Source: Selaginella moellendorffii
Lineage: Eukaryota; Plantae; Lycopodiophyta
Assembly: GCF_000143415.4 (NCBI RefSeq)
Contig: NW_003314298.1
Span: 1,340,248 to 1,404,247 of the forward strand
Direction of reading: 5' to 3'
DNA length: 64,000 nt
Positions 1 through 11,335 of the stretch are shown one piece after another. The notes beneath the pieces were generated by a model that was given only the letters and a program-made list of their open reading frames with translations, was not told the DNA's origin and searched no databases. The first letter of the stretch is position 1; each line of letters opens with the position of its first letter. Made by a program: the position numbers and the translations under genes.

Positions 1-705
1 TCTCCTCTTTGCCGCAAGAAGGCGAAGAGCTCGACTAGATTTCCCACGCCTCCAGCAGCCCACCGGACAAAGTCCGGCCCGACCTGGGGACATCCTGGCT
101 CGGGCGTTTTCCTTTGGAGGCGGCGCCTCCAAATGGGACTCGTGGGTAATTTGCAAGAGGGGGCTGCCGCGCTGGTGGAGGTACTCGGCGAGCGCCTCGA
201 CCAGGCTACCGTGGCGGCCTCCACAAATTCCTTAAATCTAAAGAAGCATGCTCTTTTGTTGTTCTTACAAGGTCTCTCTTCTCCAAGTCCAAGAAAACGG
301 ATCTCTACTCCACGATGAAGTGCTGGGGATTCAAGCCAAATGCCTTGAAGGCTTGTGCCGCTCTGGCAGCTCTCTCTCGAGGATGGATTGCTTGGATCGG
401 GCCAACGGCGGTGTATTGGACCAAACCTCTTCGTCTCGTAGAAATGTCCCAAGTGTGAGAACTCCGAGGTTGTGTTTGATACTGGTCCATAGTGACGTGG
501 AATTCTTTGATAGCGGTGATGGGGAGCGGCTCTCGAGGCTTTGTGAGAACTTTCACCGCCGCTTGCACGCACCGGTGATTTGAGAAGATGAAACTGAAAT
601 CGAGGGGGTCTCAGCATGAAAACTTAATAATTTATTAAATAATTAGGTTTAATAATACTAATTGAAAACCTCGTATATTAAAGAATAATGTTTTTCTCAA
701 ACCCT

Positions 706-832
706 AGCTATGCGCTGGTGCTGGATCTAGACGACACGCTGGAATGCAGAAAGAACTCAACTATGCCTAGTAGCGTTCCTCAGCAAGATGGCGCAGGTAT
801 ACAAGCTCATAATCTTCAGTGTGTCAGACTCG
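706..832 (+). pseudogene. 5' fragment of NIF/FCP1-like (CTD small phosphatase) gene fused to SAD exon 2. Also at ~18682, 25703, 43642
   Basis: Reads YALVLDLDDTL (HAD DxDxT motif) ... SKMAQVYKLIIFSVSDS. Matches the fuller copy at 19405 and joins directly to SAD (Q)Dx[18 protein letters not shown]. Confidence 0.75.
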
Positions 833-1764
833 TAGGACTGTCTCCCGGAGCTATCCTCGGAGAGCTTCTACGATGAGGTCCGTGAGCTGAGGGAGCGAGC
901 CGAGAGCTTGCCCAACGACTACTTCTTCTGCCTCGTCGGGAACATGATCACCGAGGAAGCGCTGCCAACTTACTGGACGATGCTCAACACTCTCGATGGC
1001 ACCCGCGACGAGATCAGTGCGAGCCCAAGTCCATGGGCACTGTAGTGGCGTGCCTGGACTGCCGAGGAGAATTGCCATGGTGATTTTCTCAACAAGTATC
1101 TCTACCTCACTGGACGAGTCGACTTGAAGCAAATCGAGAAGACGATCCAGTACTTATCGGTCCTGGAATGGTAAAGAGCCAGAGTTTCTTCTTTCTCGGG
1201 AACTCAAAAGTTCGGTTTCCATCCTTGCAGGATCCCCAGACCGAGAACAATCCATATCTCGGGTTCATCTACACCTTCTTCCAGGAGCGAGCCACCGCCA
1301 TCTCTCACGGCAACACTGCTCGCCACACGACTGTTTGCGGCCTCATCGCATTCGATGAGAAGCGGCATGAGAATGCTTACACCAGGATCATGGAGAAGCT
1401 GTTTGAGATCGATTCGGAGGGCGCAATGCTGGGGCTGGAGGACATGATGAGGAAGAAGATCTCCATGCCGGCTCATCTCGTGTACGACGGCCAGGACAAG
1501 AACCTGTTTGAGCATTTCTCTTTGGTGGCACAGAGGATGGGGGTATACATTGCCAAGGATTACGCAGGAATTCTGGAGCACTTGGTCAAGAGATGGAACA
1601 TCGAGTCCATCACTGGATTGTCTGCTCGCGCGCAAAAGGCCCAGAATTTCGTGTGTGGTCTCCCTCAGATCTTGAGACTGGAGGAGCGAGCGCAGAGCAG
1701 GGTGAAGAAGGGCCCCAACACTGGAACGTTTAGCTGGATTTTCAATAGGGAAGTCGTTCTCTAG
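833..1764 (+). pseudogene. SAD: Acyl-ACP (stearoyl-ACP delta-9) desaturase pseudogene, copy 1, 5'-truncated
   Basis: Motifs EEALPTY, WTAEENx[37 protein letters not shown]. Conserved intron 1171-1230 (GT..AG). Premature TAG near 1043, frameshift near 1155, and a deletion after NTARH. Confidence 0.9.
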
Positions 1765-1941
1765 GCGTAAAAGGTAAAAGGTGTACATTACGAGTTGCTT
1801 TGTTTTATTTTGTTTAGACACCAAACAGTCCAACTAAAATAAAAGAGTTTATAAGAAACATGTGCATTGTTTTATACATTTTCTTCTTTTGATTGTTTAG
1901 GAATTAACTAGTGGATGAATATGGTTTATTATTCAGCGGTG

Positions 1942-2043
1942 TGAGGTCTAGTTATGCCATAAACTAATATTGGGATTTTGATATCTAATCAAATTGGTGA
2001 GTATCAAAATCCTAATATTAGTATATGGCATAACTAGACCTCA
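1942..2043. repeat. 42-bp inverted repeat (hairpin) within a rearranged solo-LTR relic
   Basis: 1942-1983 pairs with 2002-2043 (40/42), 18-nt loop. Sequence resembles the Gypsy LTR at 54608. Copy at 26955-27056; shorter perfect 27-bp version at 15615-15686. Confidence 0.85.
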
Positions 2044-2313
2044 AGTAATGACCACTTGCTCCTGTATATAAATTACAATTTTTGTATTAACATTTCTGTA
2101 TTCCAAATTTGTATTTCATGCACTCACCACAGTTAATATTCATTTAAATGTAATCAAATTGGCGAGTATCACAATCCCAATATTAGTATATGGCATAACT
2201 AGACCTCAAGTGATGACCACTTGCTCCTATATATAAATTAAGACTTTTGGATTAACATTTCTGTATTCCAATTTTGTATTTCATGCACTCACCACAGTTA
2301 ATATTCATTTAAA
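1986..2313 (+). repeat. 165-bp tandem duplication of LTR-derived sequence
   Basis: TAATCAAATTGG...CATTTAAA begins at both 1986 and 2151. Confidence 0.85.
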
Positions 2314-2909
2314 GTTTCTGAATAAAATACATTCTAACTTATTCTACCATCTAATGGTTTGTGATATTTATATAATTTATAAAATTTGTGAGTAAGCTAG
2401 TCACTTTTCTTATTATGATTTCTCCAGCATTAGTCTTTCAGAATAGTGGAGGGGTGATGTCCTAATGTAATCTCTTGTACTGATATCATTTTTTATATGA
2501 ACAAAGTGAGAAATAATCTATAATTGATAGGAAAGAAGAGGTTAAGCAAATAGAAGAATACCAGAGATAAATGAGTTAAGTATACCTTGAAACTCTTTTA
2601 CTTATTATTGAGATTCAATAGCAACATTTGGTGGTAACACCATCACTTAGCCAAGTCAATCATCAAGGAAAGACATTAATAAGTGTGATGAGTGTGTTGA
2701 AAATTATGTCTTTTATTGAAACTTTTATTAAGCCTAAAAGAACTAACACCTTCTTTACAAATGTTCTTCATTGAGTTGGAAATGAAAATGTTAATTCCCT
2801 TTAGTTTAATAAGAGTTCTTAGTCAATGAAGCCTTTAGTTCAATAAGGGTTATTATGGATGCTTTACAAGACAAAATGCATATTTATGAATACTTAATAC
2901 TTGTGTTAT

Positions 2910-3354
2910 TGTAGTGCACCTTATTTCTCTTTATCCCTCAAGGTTCCAAGAATTCACGGTGACAATACTGAATCAATCAATCCATTTCCGCATTGAATTT
3001 ACCAATCCTTCTATTGTGTAGATTAGCTATTCTTGTCTAGGAGGCTCAAGACAAACGATGTATGTATGGATGCCTAATACATACGATTTCAAATTTTAGA
3101 GGTAGTAATATACCTTGCTCAAGGGTATATTATATTTTAAGTAGCCATTAATCAATAGGAATTGAACCTGTGCCATTTTCTCTGATACCACATGTAGTGC
3201 ATCTTATCTCTCTCCTCTTAAGCCAATTAGAAAAATGGCAATTGCTTAATGAGAGAGTCTTTAGTAACTATTTTATCCCCATTTATTCCCCAAGGTTGTA
3301 AGGATCCATGGTGATAATATATTCAAATTTCATCCCATGATCACATGTGCTATA
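2910..3354 (-). mobile_element. TRIM-like non-autonomous LTR element. Copy at 27923-28367
   Basis: Termini TGTAGTGCAC...GTGCTATA. LTR 3193-3354. Met-i PBS (rc TGGTATCAGAG) at 3180-3190. TSD GTTAT/GTCAT. Empty site TTGT-GTCAT-TTGCC in paralogous spacers at ~16650 and ~23550. Confidence 0.75.
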
Positions 3355-3876
3355 GTCATTTACCCATGTATTTGATCTCTCTCCCTTTAACCCAATTGAA
3401 AAAGGAACAATTATTTTTTTTATAAAAAAGTCTTTAATAGATATCTTATCTCTATTTTTCCTCTAAGGTTTTAACAATCCATAGTGATAGTATATGTAAA
3501 TATCATGCCATAATTATATACAACTTTGTGAGTTTGTGAGAATATTTTGATATTTTAAATATTCTTTATGGAGATCTAAGACTTTGTTAAGATATTAACA
3601 TATCATACCACATAGTACCTCTATATCATTCCACTCACAAAAATTCTTCATCCCTCTTATTTTTCAAAATTGCTCTTGTTTTTTGTCATGCCCACTACAA
3701 ACTCAGTATAAGTTGTATTTTGAAATATTACTCATGACTTAGATCCTTAGTCTTGATCACCTCCTGGAAATATAGGAAAATACAAAATCTATTATCTATA
3801 CAAGGAATTATAAAAAAAAATAGTTGATATGGATTGCATTATAAGTAATTTCCATTTATAATAATTGAAAACATGC

Positions 3877-6181
3877 TATGAGGTCCAAATGTACAGCTGC
3901 AATGCCATATACTAATATTAGTATAGTGGGATTTTGGTAGCTGTCGGATTAATTTCAATTTGACCCACTTGCTCTTGTATATAAATTAGGGTTTTTGAGC
4001 TAATTGATATGCATATTTTTTGTATTCCCTTTTTATATTCCTTGCACTCACATTGTTGGAGGTGAGAGGCACCTTTGATTGTCCCTGAGGAGTGCTTAGA
4101 TTTAGGATATTAGTTTTGCATTATCTAAATCTAATTTTTTCCATTTCCTTTCTTTAGTTTTTTCCTTTTGAGATTTTGGTTTAGATCGAGCTTTTTCATT
4201 GTCTAAATCTCCTTTTCCTTTTAGTTTTTTTTCATTTCATTTCTTTTACTTAGTCAAATATGTCTAAACGGATCAAACTGAGAATGTCATGGCCAACACT
4301 TTGTCAATATCTTGTAGAATTTGTACAAGCACTTGCTCCAACCACCCTTGACAATGTCCTTCACTTAGCATCTCCACTTTCTATGAAAGATGGTTTTGTT
4401 CCAATAGAGGTTGATGCTGTTGCTACTCGCATTCAAGGATAAGGGTGAGGACGTGGTCGTGGCTGTGATATTCACTACTAGGCATGTGATGAAGTTGGTC
4501 ACACTTATCAGCGTTATAGGCATTTTCCGGATTGGCAAACTCTATTTCCTGGGTGGAGACTTTAGTGTCAACAATGTCTTATTAGTGCTGTTATAGTGGA
4601 AGGTCTGGCCACTAAGATATGGGAAATGAGGAGTTGTGTGAGTAATGGAGAGACCTTACACAAATAAGTCAGTAACCCTTCCATCTTTCTTTCGCGAGTA
4701 TCATTAAGAGGTTCATTCGACACAAGTTCATGTAGTGTTTACTTTCCAAGCTTGTTTTTGTAGCAAGAGGTCTTCTATTATTCTCTCTATGTTAGTTGAT
4801 ATAGGTTTGAATTTATCTTCTATTGCTCAATCTATTGCTACGCTTAATTTGTTACCACATGTTGCCATCTACATTTATGTCATGCGGTAGAGCCAATTTT
4901 CATTCTTTATGACAATAATAGTACACATGCATGTGCACGGGATGAAATGGACCTAGTTGTGCATGTAGGCAATCTCAAGCTATCATTGCAGGTGGTGCTA
5001 AGTCAAGCTGAAGCGGTCGAAGTGTGTGTTTGGATCCAAGAACATGACTTATCTTGGGTACCATATTTCTTGTGAGGGTTTGCAAGTTGATTCTGACAAA
5101 CTTGTGGCTGTTTTAAAGTTCCATACTCCAAAGTGTATGAATAATATGCAACACTTCTTGGGCAAGGTGCAATATCTCAGTCGTTTTGTAGATTATCTTT
5201 CTGATTGCATTACATTGTTGTGAATATTGCTAAAGTCATCAACATCATCTTTCATTTGGCCTCCGGATTGTAAACGGGCGTTCATGGATGTCAAAAAGCT
5301 ATTGATAACTCCTCTAGTTTTGGCATATCTTGACTACACTCAACCTTTCATTTTGCATGTGGAGATGTGTTGATGCAAGAGAGCCCGAGTATGCCTGGTC
5401 AACACCATCCCATTATGTATATAAGCCATACATTACAACTAATAGAGGTGAACTACTCCATGATAGAGAAGAAGTGTTTAGTAGCAGTTTGATGTTTCGA
5501 GAAACTTCATGCATATCTATATGGTTCTCGGACGTTACTAAAAGGTGATTATGTTGCTGTTACTTCATTATTGAAATAAAAGAACTTAGTTGGTTGTACT
5601 TCTCGGTGAGCTTTGAAGCTTCAGATATATAATTTTGATGTTGTTCATTGCCCATGGAGTTTTATGGATGATGCTAATGTCTTTTCTCAAGCTCCTCTTC
5701 CTTCTTCATTCTCTTCTCATGTTTTTATGAGCCTGTTGTTCCAGCATCTAGATTTTCTAGACAAGAATTCTATGTTGTCAGCAGTTGTTGTACTTGACGT
5801 TCAATGTCCACAAAGTGCAGAGCAAGATCTACATTCTCTTAGCAAGGTTCGCAAGGTTAAAAAAATTGTGCCATGGATTTGAAGGCTTTAAGATGGGTTT
5901 AAGAATCCTACATCACTTGCTAATGACATGCCATTCCGGCATTTACATTCTCAATATCGCCTTGAAGACAGCCTTTTTTATTTTGTGGAGATGGATCCTG
6001 ATGATCATTTACAGCTGGTAGTGCCTTCAATCTTTATTCCATAATTTCTTCATGATTATCATGATTCTCCTGTTCTAAGTGGGTATATGGGACATCATTA
6101 TATGACTGAAAAGTTGCACAGGTGTTTCTATTGGCCAGAGATGTGACATAATATTATACAGAGCAGATTTTTTCAGATAAT
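3877..6181 (+). mobile_element. Degenerate Ty3/Gypsy element, 5' part (LTR 3877-4052, PBS, gag/PR/RT/RH/INT remnants). Same family as 54608-59601
   Basis: Aligns to the full-length element with many stops. RT core deleted at an AAGCT microhomology (~5005). Ends in the integrase PERILSDN-coding sequence. Confidence 0.85.
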
Positions 6182-6893
6182 TGTATCGCATGTGGTTTTT
6201 ACCCTTTATCCTATGGTGATTTACCATAGGATACCACCACAAAGCGGAACCTAAACCCTCTTTATGCCATGTGATAGATGCCACATGTCCAAAGGAACGT
6301 GGTGTGGAACCTGAGGTTCAGGGCCTTGGGCCATTGAACAAAGGAACGATGCCAAACTCCCAAGCATGGAGCCAAGGAGTGACGGAACCAAACCACAGAG
6401 CAACTCCCGAGCATACAGCCTAAGGAGAAAAGGGACAGGAGCCCGGAGTGACTTGGAACAGTCCTGGAGCAACCAGCATCCTAATGCCAGGACTAGCATG
6501 CAAAACGGAGCAAAACGGAGCCAAACGGTGTTTGGCGCTATTTCGGCATACCGGTGGCCTAATGTGAGGACATGGGTACTCCACCAGCTAGCATGGAATG
6601 GAACTTGGGCTTAGACCCAAGCCAGACGTAGAACAAGGACAGGCACGCAAGCGGGAGCTAGACTATACCTCAGGTTGGTCGGCCATGCCCGACCATAGTT
6701 GCAGCTAGACATGCAAACGTTCAAACGCGTCCACGTTTAAATGCTGTTTAAAACGTTTTTTTCAGGACAATCAAACGTTTACATGTTAAAGCCTAAAATG
6801 ATTAAGAAAACACTAATATTTACTAAATACATTTTAATCTGATATTAAGTTTATAAAACCCAACCGATAAAACAAATGAAAGAAGAAGCCATT

Positions 6894-8904
6894 TTAGTCG
6901 TCTTCCGATTCTGAATCATCTTCCATTCCTTCATCGATGCTAAACTCATCAGTAGCCTGATTTGGTTCAAACCTTCACTCTCCAGCTTCTGAACAACCCA
7001 CAAGTTTGTATGAATGTAAACCAGCTTCTCAGCACTTTTGGGAAGCAAGCGGGACCTGCGCTTTGTTTGTATCAAGCTCCATGAGCTCCAATTCCTCTCA
7101 CATGGAGAAGTGCAAACAACTTGGCTTAAAATCTGGAGAGCCATGCGACATAGATCAGGCATCTCTAAACCAAAAGAACTCCACCAGGTTACTAGAAACT
7201 TTCTGGTCTCTCGATCCTTGGCAACAGGTAACCTCATTTGCCGTCCAAGCTGTTGCCGAAACCTCTCAAACTATGCCTGCAATCTCAGCTGCAAGTCCAG
7301 ATCACCTCTGCTATAAACATGCATGTACTCCAACCAGTTCCCGCGTGCCTCATTGTCCAGCTTGTCGTTCTCTGGGTTATCCCCCAGAAACAGAGGATGA
7401 AGAGCAAAAGCAGCTCCATGAATGACATTGTGCATTTGATACCACCTTGCCTCCTTCAGACCGTGTGATTCAAGTAGGAAATCCTTGATTTGTCCCACTT
7501 CCTCATGTGCATAAATTCTGTTTCGAGCTCCCTCGTCCATCTTCTCAATCAGCCGATCAACAGCTTCAAAGATGAGGCCTGAAGTCGCCCCCTCCCGATC
7601 AGCGAGTCGAAGAACTCGAAGTAAAGGTTCGAGCAAAATTAACAAATTCTCACACCGCTCCCAGAACGAGTCATTGAGAACACGAGATCGCAGCTCCAGG
7701 CCCTCCAGCTTCTTAGACCAGTCAAGTCGCTCCCATTCTTGGCTCACCACCATTCTTCGAAGCTCAGAGAGATTCGTGGTCTCCAGAAGCTGAGACATCA
7801 CGAGAAAAATATAAGCAAACCTCGTGGTCACAGGCTTTATCAGGTCCCGTTTGTAGAAAGTTCTATAAAGAGCTAGAACCCGTGGCTTTGAGGTGATGAA
7901 GGTAACTATCTTCGCACAGCCATCGACAAAAGGCTGCACCCAAGATAGAGCTCCAATATCTTCGAACAGCAAGTCCATAACATGGCAAATGCAGCGAACG
8001 TGTACAATCTGTGGAAACTCCTGCTGCAAAAGCTCCCCCATGACCACGCAGTTGCTTGCATTGTCTGTCACCACCTGCACAACGTTTTCCGCACCAACCT
8101 CGGCAATCACTTGTTTCAGCTGCTCAAACAACCATGCTCCGGTTTTCTTCGCATTCTTGCTGTCCACAGCCTTCAGGAAAATTGAGCCTCTCACAGAACT
8201 GACCATGAAGTTGAGAAGAGACCTCTTCTTGATATCAGACCAGCCATCCGTGACAATGGTACAACCATATGTCCTCCAACTTAGCCGCACATCTTCAAGC
8301 CGCTTCTGAACGTTGTTGTATATTCGTTGTAGCTCAGTTGTCCGCAACTTCTCATATCCCATGAGGTTGTCAATCGCTGGATGCCCCACTTTTGCGGCAA
8401 CTTTTAGCATTCTCTTCAAGTTGTCTCTTCGAATTGTGTTGAAGGAGATGTTCTCGGCAAAGAAGAACTCTGCAACAGCATCATCCAGTGCCTCAGCCGA
8501 AGCAGTATCAAAAAATGTCACCAAATTTCCATCCAAGGATCTACATTTCGTTGCTCTGCTTGTCCCAGCATTGGACCAGTTCTCCGTGCTTGCCACCATA
8601 GATTCTGCTGGCCCCCCTGAACCCTGTGCGGCTTGCTGCAGTAGATGCCCATCATCAGCATCTGCTGGGTCTGCTAGCTTGAAATCGAAAAAACTGCTGC
8701 GAGCTTTTTTAAGAACTTCATAAGGGATCTCCCTCATTGCCTTGCACGTTTTCACACCTCTTGCCTGACTCCAGCGAGATGTGCTCGCACTCGCTCTGCT
8801 CCCCCAGTGTGAATCTCATGACAATACTTACATGTCCAGTGCCGCTCTGCTCGTATCACATGCTTCCAGCTCCAGCATTCGCAGCGTCCTCCAATTCCTG
8901 ACAT
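6894..8904 (-). mobile_element. hAT-superfamily transposase pseudogene (BED zinc finger, DUF659, hAT dimerisation domain)
   Basis: Motifs WKHV..WTCKYC..RVRAHLAG, GCTIVTDGWSD, VVQVVTDNA, CICHVMDL, KPVTTRFA, WWSSFG..MALQILSQ..SPCERNWS. Stop at 7271, frameshift ~8765, deletion ~6969. AAACG-rich subterminal tracts at 6715-6785 and 8950-9010. Confidence 0.88.
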
Positions 8905-9142
8905 GACCCTAAAGAAACCCTAAAGAAACTCTTGTCTCTTTTCGCAAATAGTGCAAACGCATTGGGAGTTTAAAATGGCGTTTTTTAACGCGTTTAAAAC
9001 GTTACGTTTTTTTAGTTTCATACATTTTCTGGCAACTATGTGCTCGACTTACCCACTATCCCTACTATACATTTGGAACCCCCCACAGCCCCCCCCCCTC
9101 AAGTAACACACGCTTTGGACTTTCACCCCAAACTTCCCTTAG

Positions 9143-9760
9143 TATCAGGAGTTAGTCTCTAGGACAAGCTTGAAACTTACTAAATATGGAATGTCCTTAG
9201 ATTGTGAATTTGGACACGGGACGAACACCATTGTGTTCAGGCCGATCTTTACATTTCGTAGATATGCCAAATGAGCAAATCTGGACACTTTCCATAAATA
9301 GCATTTGGGACCGAAATGAGACCAACACAAGGGGCATGATAGCGAGGGTGTTTGGTAGACACGGTAAGCTATCATCGAGCAATATTGAGGGACCAAGCTC
9401 AATATCACAGGGGTTCCCAACACTAGCAAGTGCAAGTTAACATCATGAGTTTCTCATCACCGTGTCAAGTTTGCTTGACAAATGACAACTTAGGATTTCC
9501 TTCCTTAGTGCCCTTCCGGTCTAAGTGCACATGTGATGACCAGTTTGTCAACTAGCTTAGGCGGAGACTGATAACGAGTCTAGCAATACCAACCTCCTGC
9601 CGTTGTGGCAGTAAGGAAAAAATATCCAAAAGGGCAAGCCGACGGGTAACTTTCGATACCCGAAGTCACATTCGCGACACTCTCCCCCCTTAGGGAAGAT
9701 CGACATTCTCGTCGATACATACTTGAGTCTAGAATACCGCCAAGGAAACAACTCTAGAAA
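9143..9760 (-). mobile_element. 3' end (PPT + LTR) of a second LTR-retrotransposon family
   Basis: Minus strand reads ...CTAAGGGGGGAGAG (PPT, 9680-9691) then TGTCGCGAATG from 9679. Part of this LTR recurs inverted at 10568-10665. Left boundary uncertain. Confidence 0.5.
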
Positions 9761-10660
9761 AAGTTCACAATACTCACACTATGTGAGAAGTGCACCAACT
9801 TAAATGAGTTAGGGGTAACCTCTTTGTCTAACGCAGATGCACTACCATTTGCACGAATGTCCATTATGCTATGCTTATATTGGTACCTTGGTTCCTAAGA
9901 AGTTTGCCCATAAGGTGTTGGAGAAAGGGTTATAGTATTCATTTGTTATGACTTGTCGGTTGATTTATTAATATTTGGAGTAGATTTTTGGATGGAGAAA
10001 GTGTGTAGTTAGGGCATTGACATCACTAACACTTGTGTTAATGGAAGTGGCATTGTTATTTCAAGTGATGAGGAATTTCCTTGGATCTTGATTTTCCATG
10101 TCATTTTTCTTGTTAGTGTTTTGGCTTCACATTGGATCTTGAAAGTGATTGAACAAAAGTGTGAGTGCAATGTGGATATCCGAAGATGTGGTCTTCATGA
10201 TCAAGCCTTGGATGTTCATTTTGCACTTTGCGGATGTCAGTGTTAGATATCGGTTAGACGGGCAAAGATGTTCGATGCTTAAGCATATTATGGGTCATGA
10301 GAATTTGTGTTGAGGTGAACCTATGTGAAGTTGTTAGTAGGAAGAAGTTGGTTGAGTCTTGAAAGTTTGCAATCCTGGACTAAGAGTCATTCTTTCTCTA
10401 GGATGGAAATTTTTCCATAAATTTTCTTAGGCTTTTCCAATGGCTGATCTGTCGGTCACTTTGCTCGAAAACCATTCCGTTTTCGTAAGACAGTACAAAC
10501 TAGTGAAAGGGTTAGAGTTGACTTTGGTTGGCTTAGACCTTAGTAAATAGTTTGTATGATGCAGCCCGGAAGTTATCTGTTGGCCTGTCCTTTCGGATAT
10601 TCTTTCCTTACTACCACGACAGCAGGAGGTCGGTATTGCTGGGCTCGTTATCAGTCTCTA

Positions 10661-11335
10661 CCTTATCTCTCTCCCCTTAAGCCAACTGGAAAAGGGGCAA
10701 TTGCTTGATGAGAGTGGCTATTTTATCCCCATTTATCCTTATCTCTCTCCCCTTAAGCCAACTGGAAAAGGGGCAATTACTTGGTGAGAGAGCTCTTAGT
10801 GGCTATTTTATCCCCATTTATCCCCCAAGGTTTCAAGGATCCACGGTGACAGTATATCTAAATCTCATCCCATGATCACATGCACTACACTGAGATGTCA
10901 ATGTCCTCATTGACTATTGACTAACAACCCCTATTGAGCCAATTACCAGCTATTCCATGTGAGGCAATTAGTCATCCACCCGTACCGCAGTCCCACGGTG
11001 GATACCTTCGTCTATAGATACTCCACAGAAGAAGAAGGATGTATGCATGGATGCCCAATATGTATGATTTCAAATTTAGGGGTAGAAATATACTTTGCTC
11101 AAGGGTATATTATATTTTTAGGTAGCCACTAATCAATGGGAATCGAACCCGTGCCATTTGCTCTGATACCAACTATAGCACACTTTATCTCTCTCCCCTT
11201 AAACCAACTGGAAAAGGGGCAATTGCTTGATGAGAGAGCCCTTAGTGGCTATTTTATCCCCATTTATCCCCCAAGGTTCCAAGGATCCATGGTGACAGTA
11301 TATCCAAATCTCATCCCATGATCACATGCGCTACA
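10661..11335 (-). mobile_element. TRIM (LTR-internal-LTR), same family as 2910-3354
   Basis: Direct repeats ending ...CACATGC(A/G)CTACA at 10889 and 11335. LTR 11174-11335. PBS rc TGGTATCAGAGC at 11160-11171. Partial LTR duplication at 10661-10737. Confidence 0.8.

Noticed and set aside
1204-1833. Long minus-strand ORFs over SAD copies, and plus-strand ORFs over the hAT and PPR genes
   Set aside because: Antisense shadows of identified coding sequence.
11174-11335. Cassandra (5S rRNA-bearing) TRIM or a tRNA gene
   Set aside because: No 5S similarity in the LTR. Only a B-box/T-arm motif is present, with no cloverleaf.
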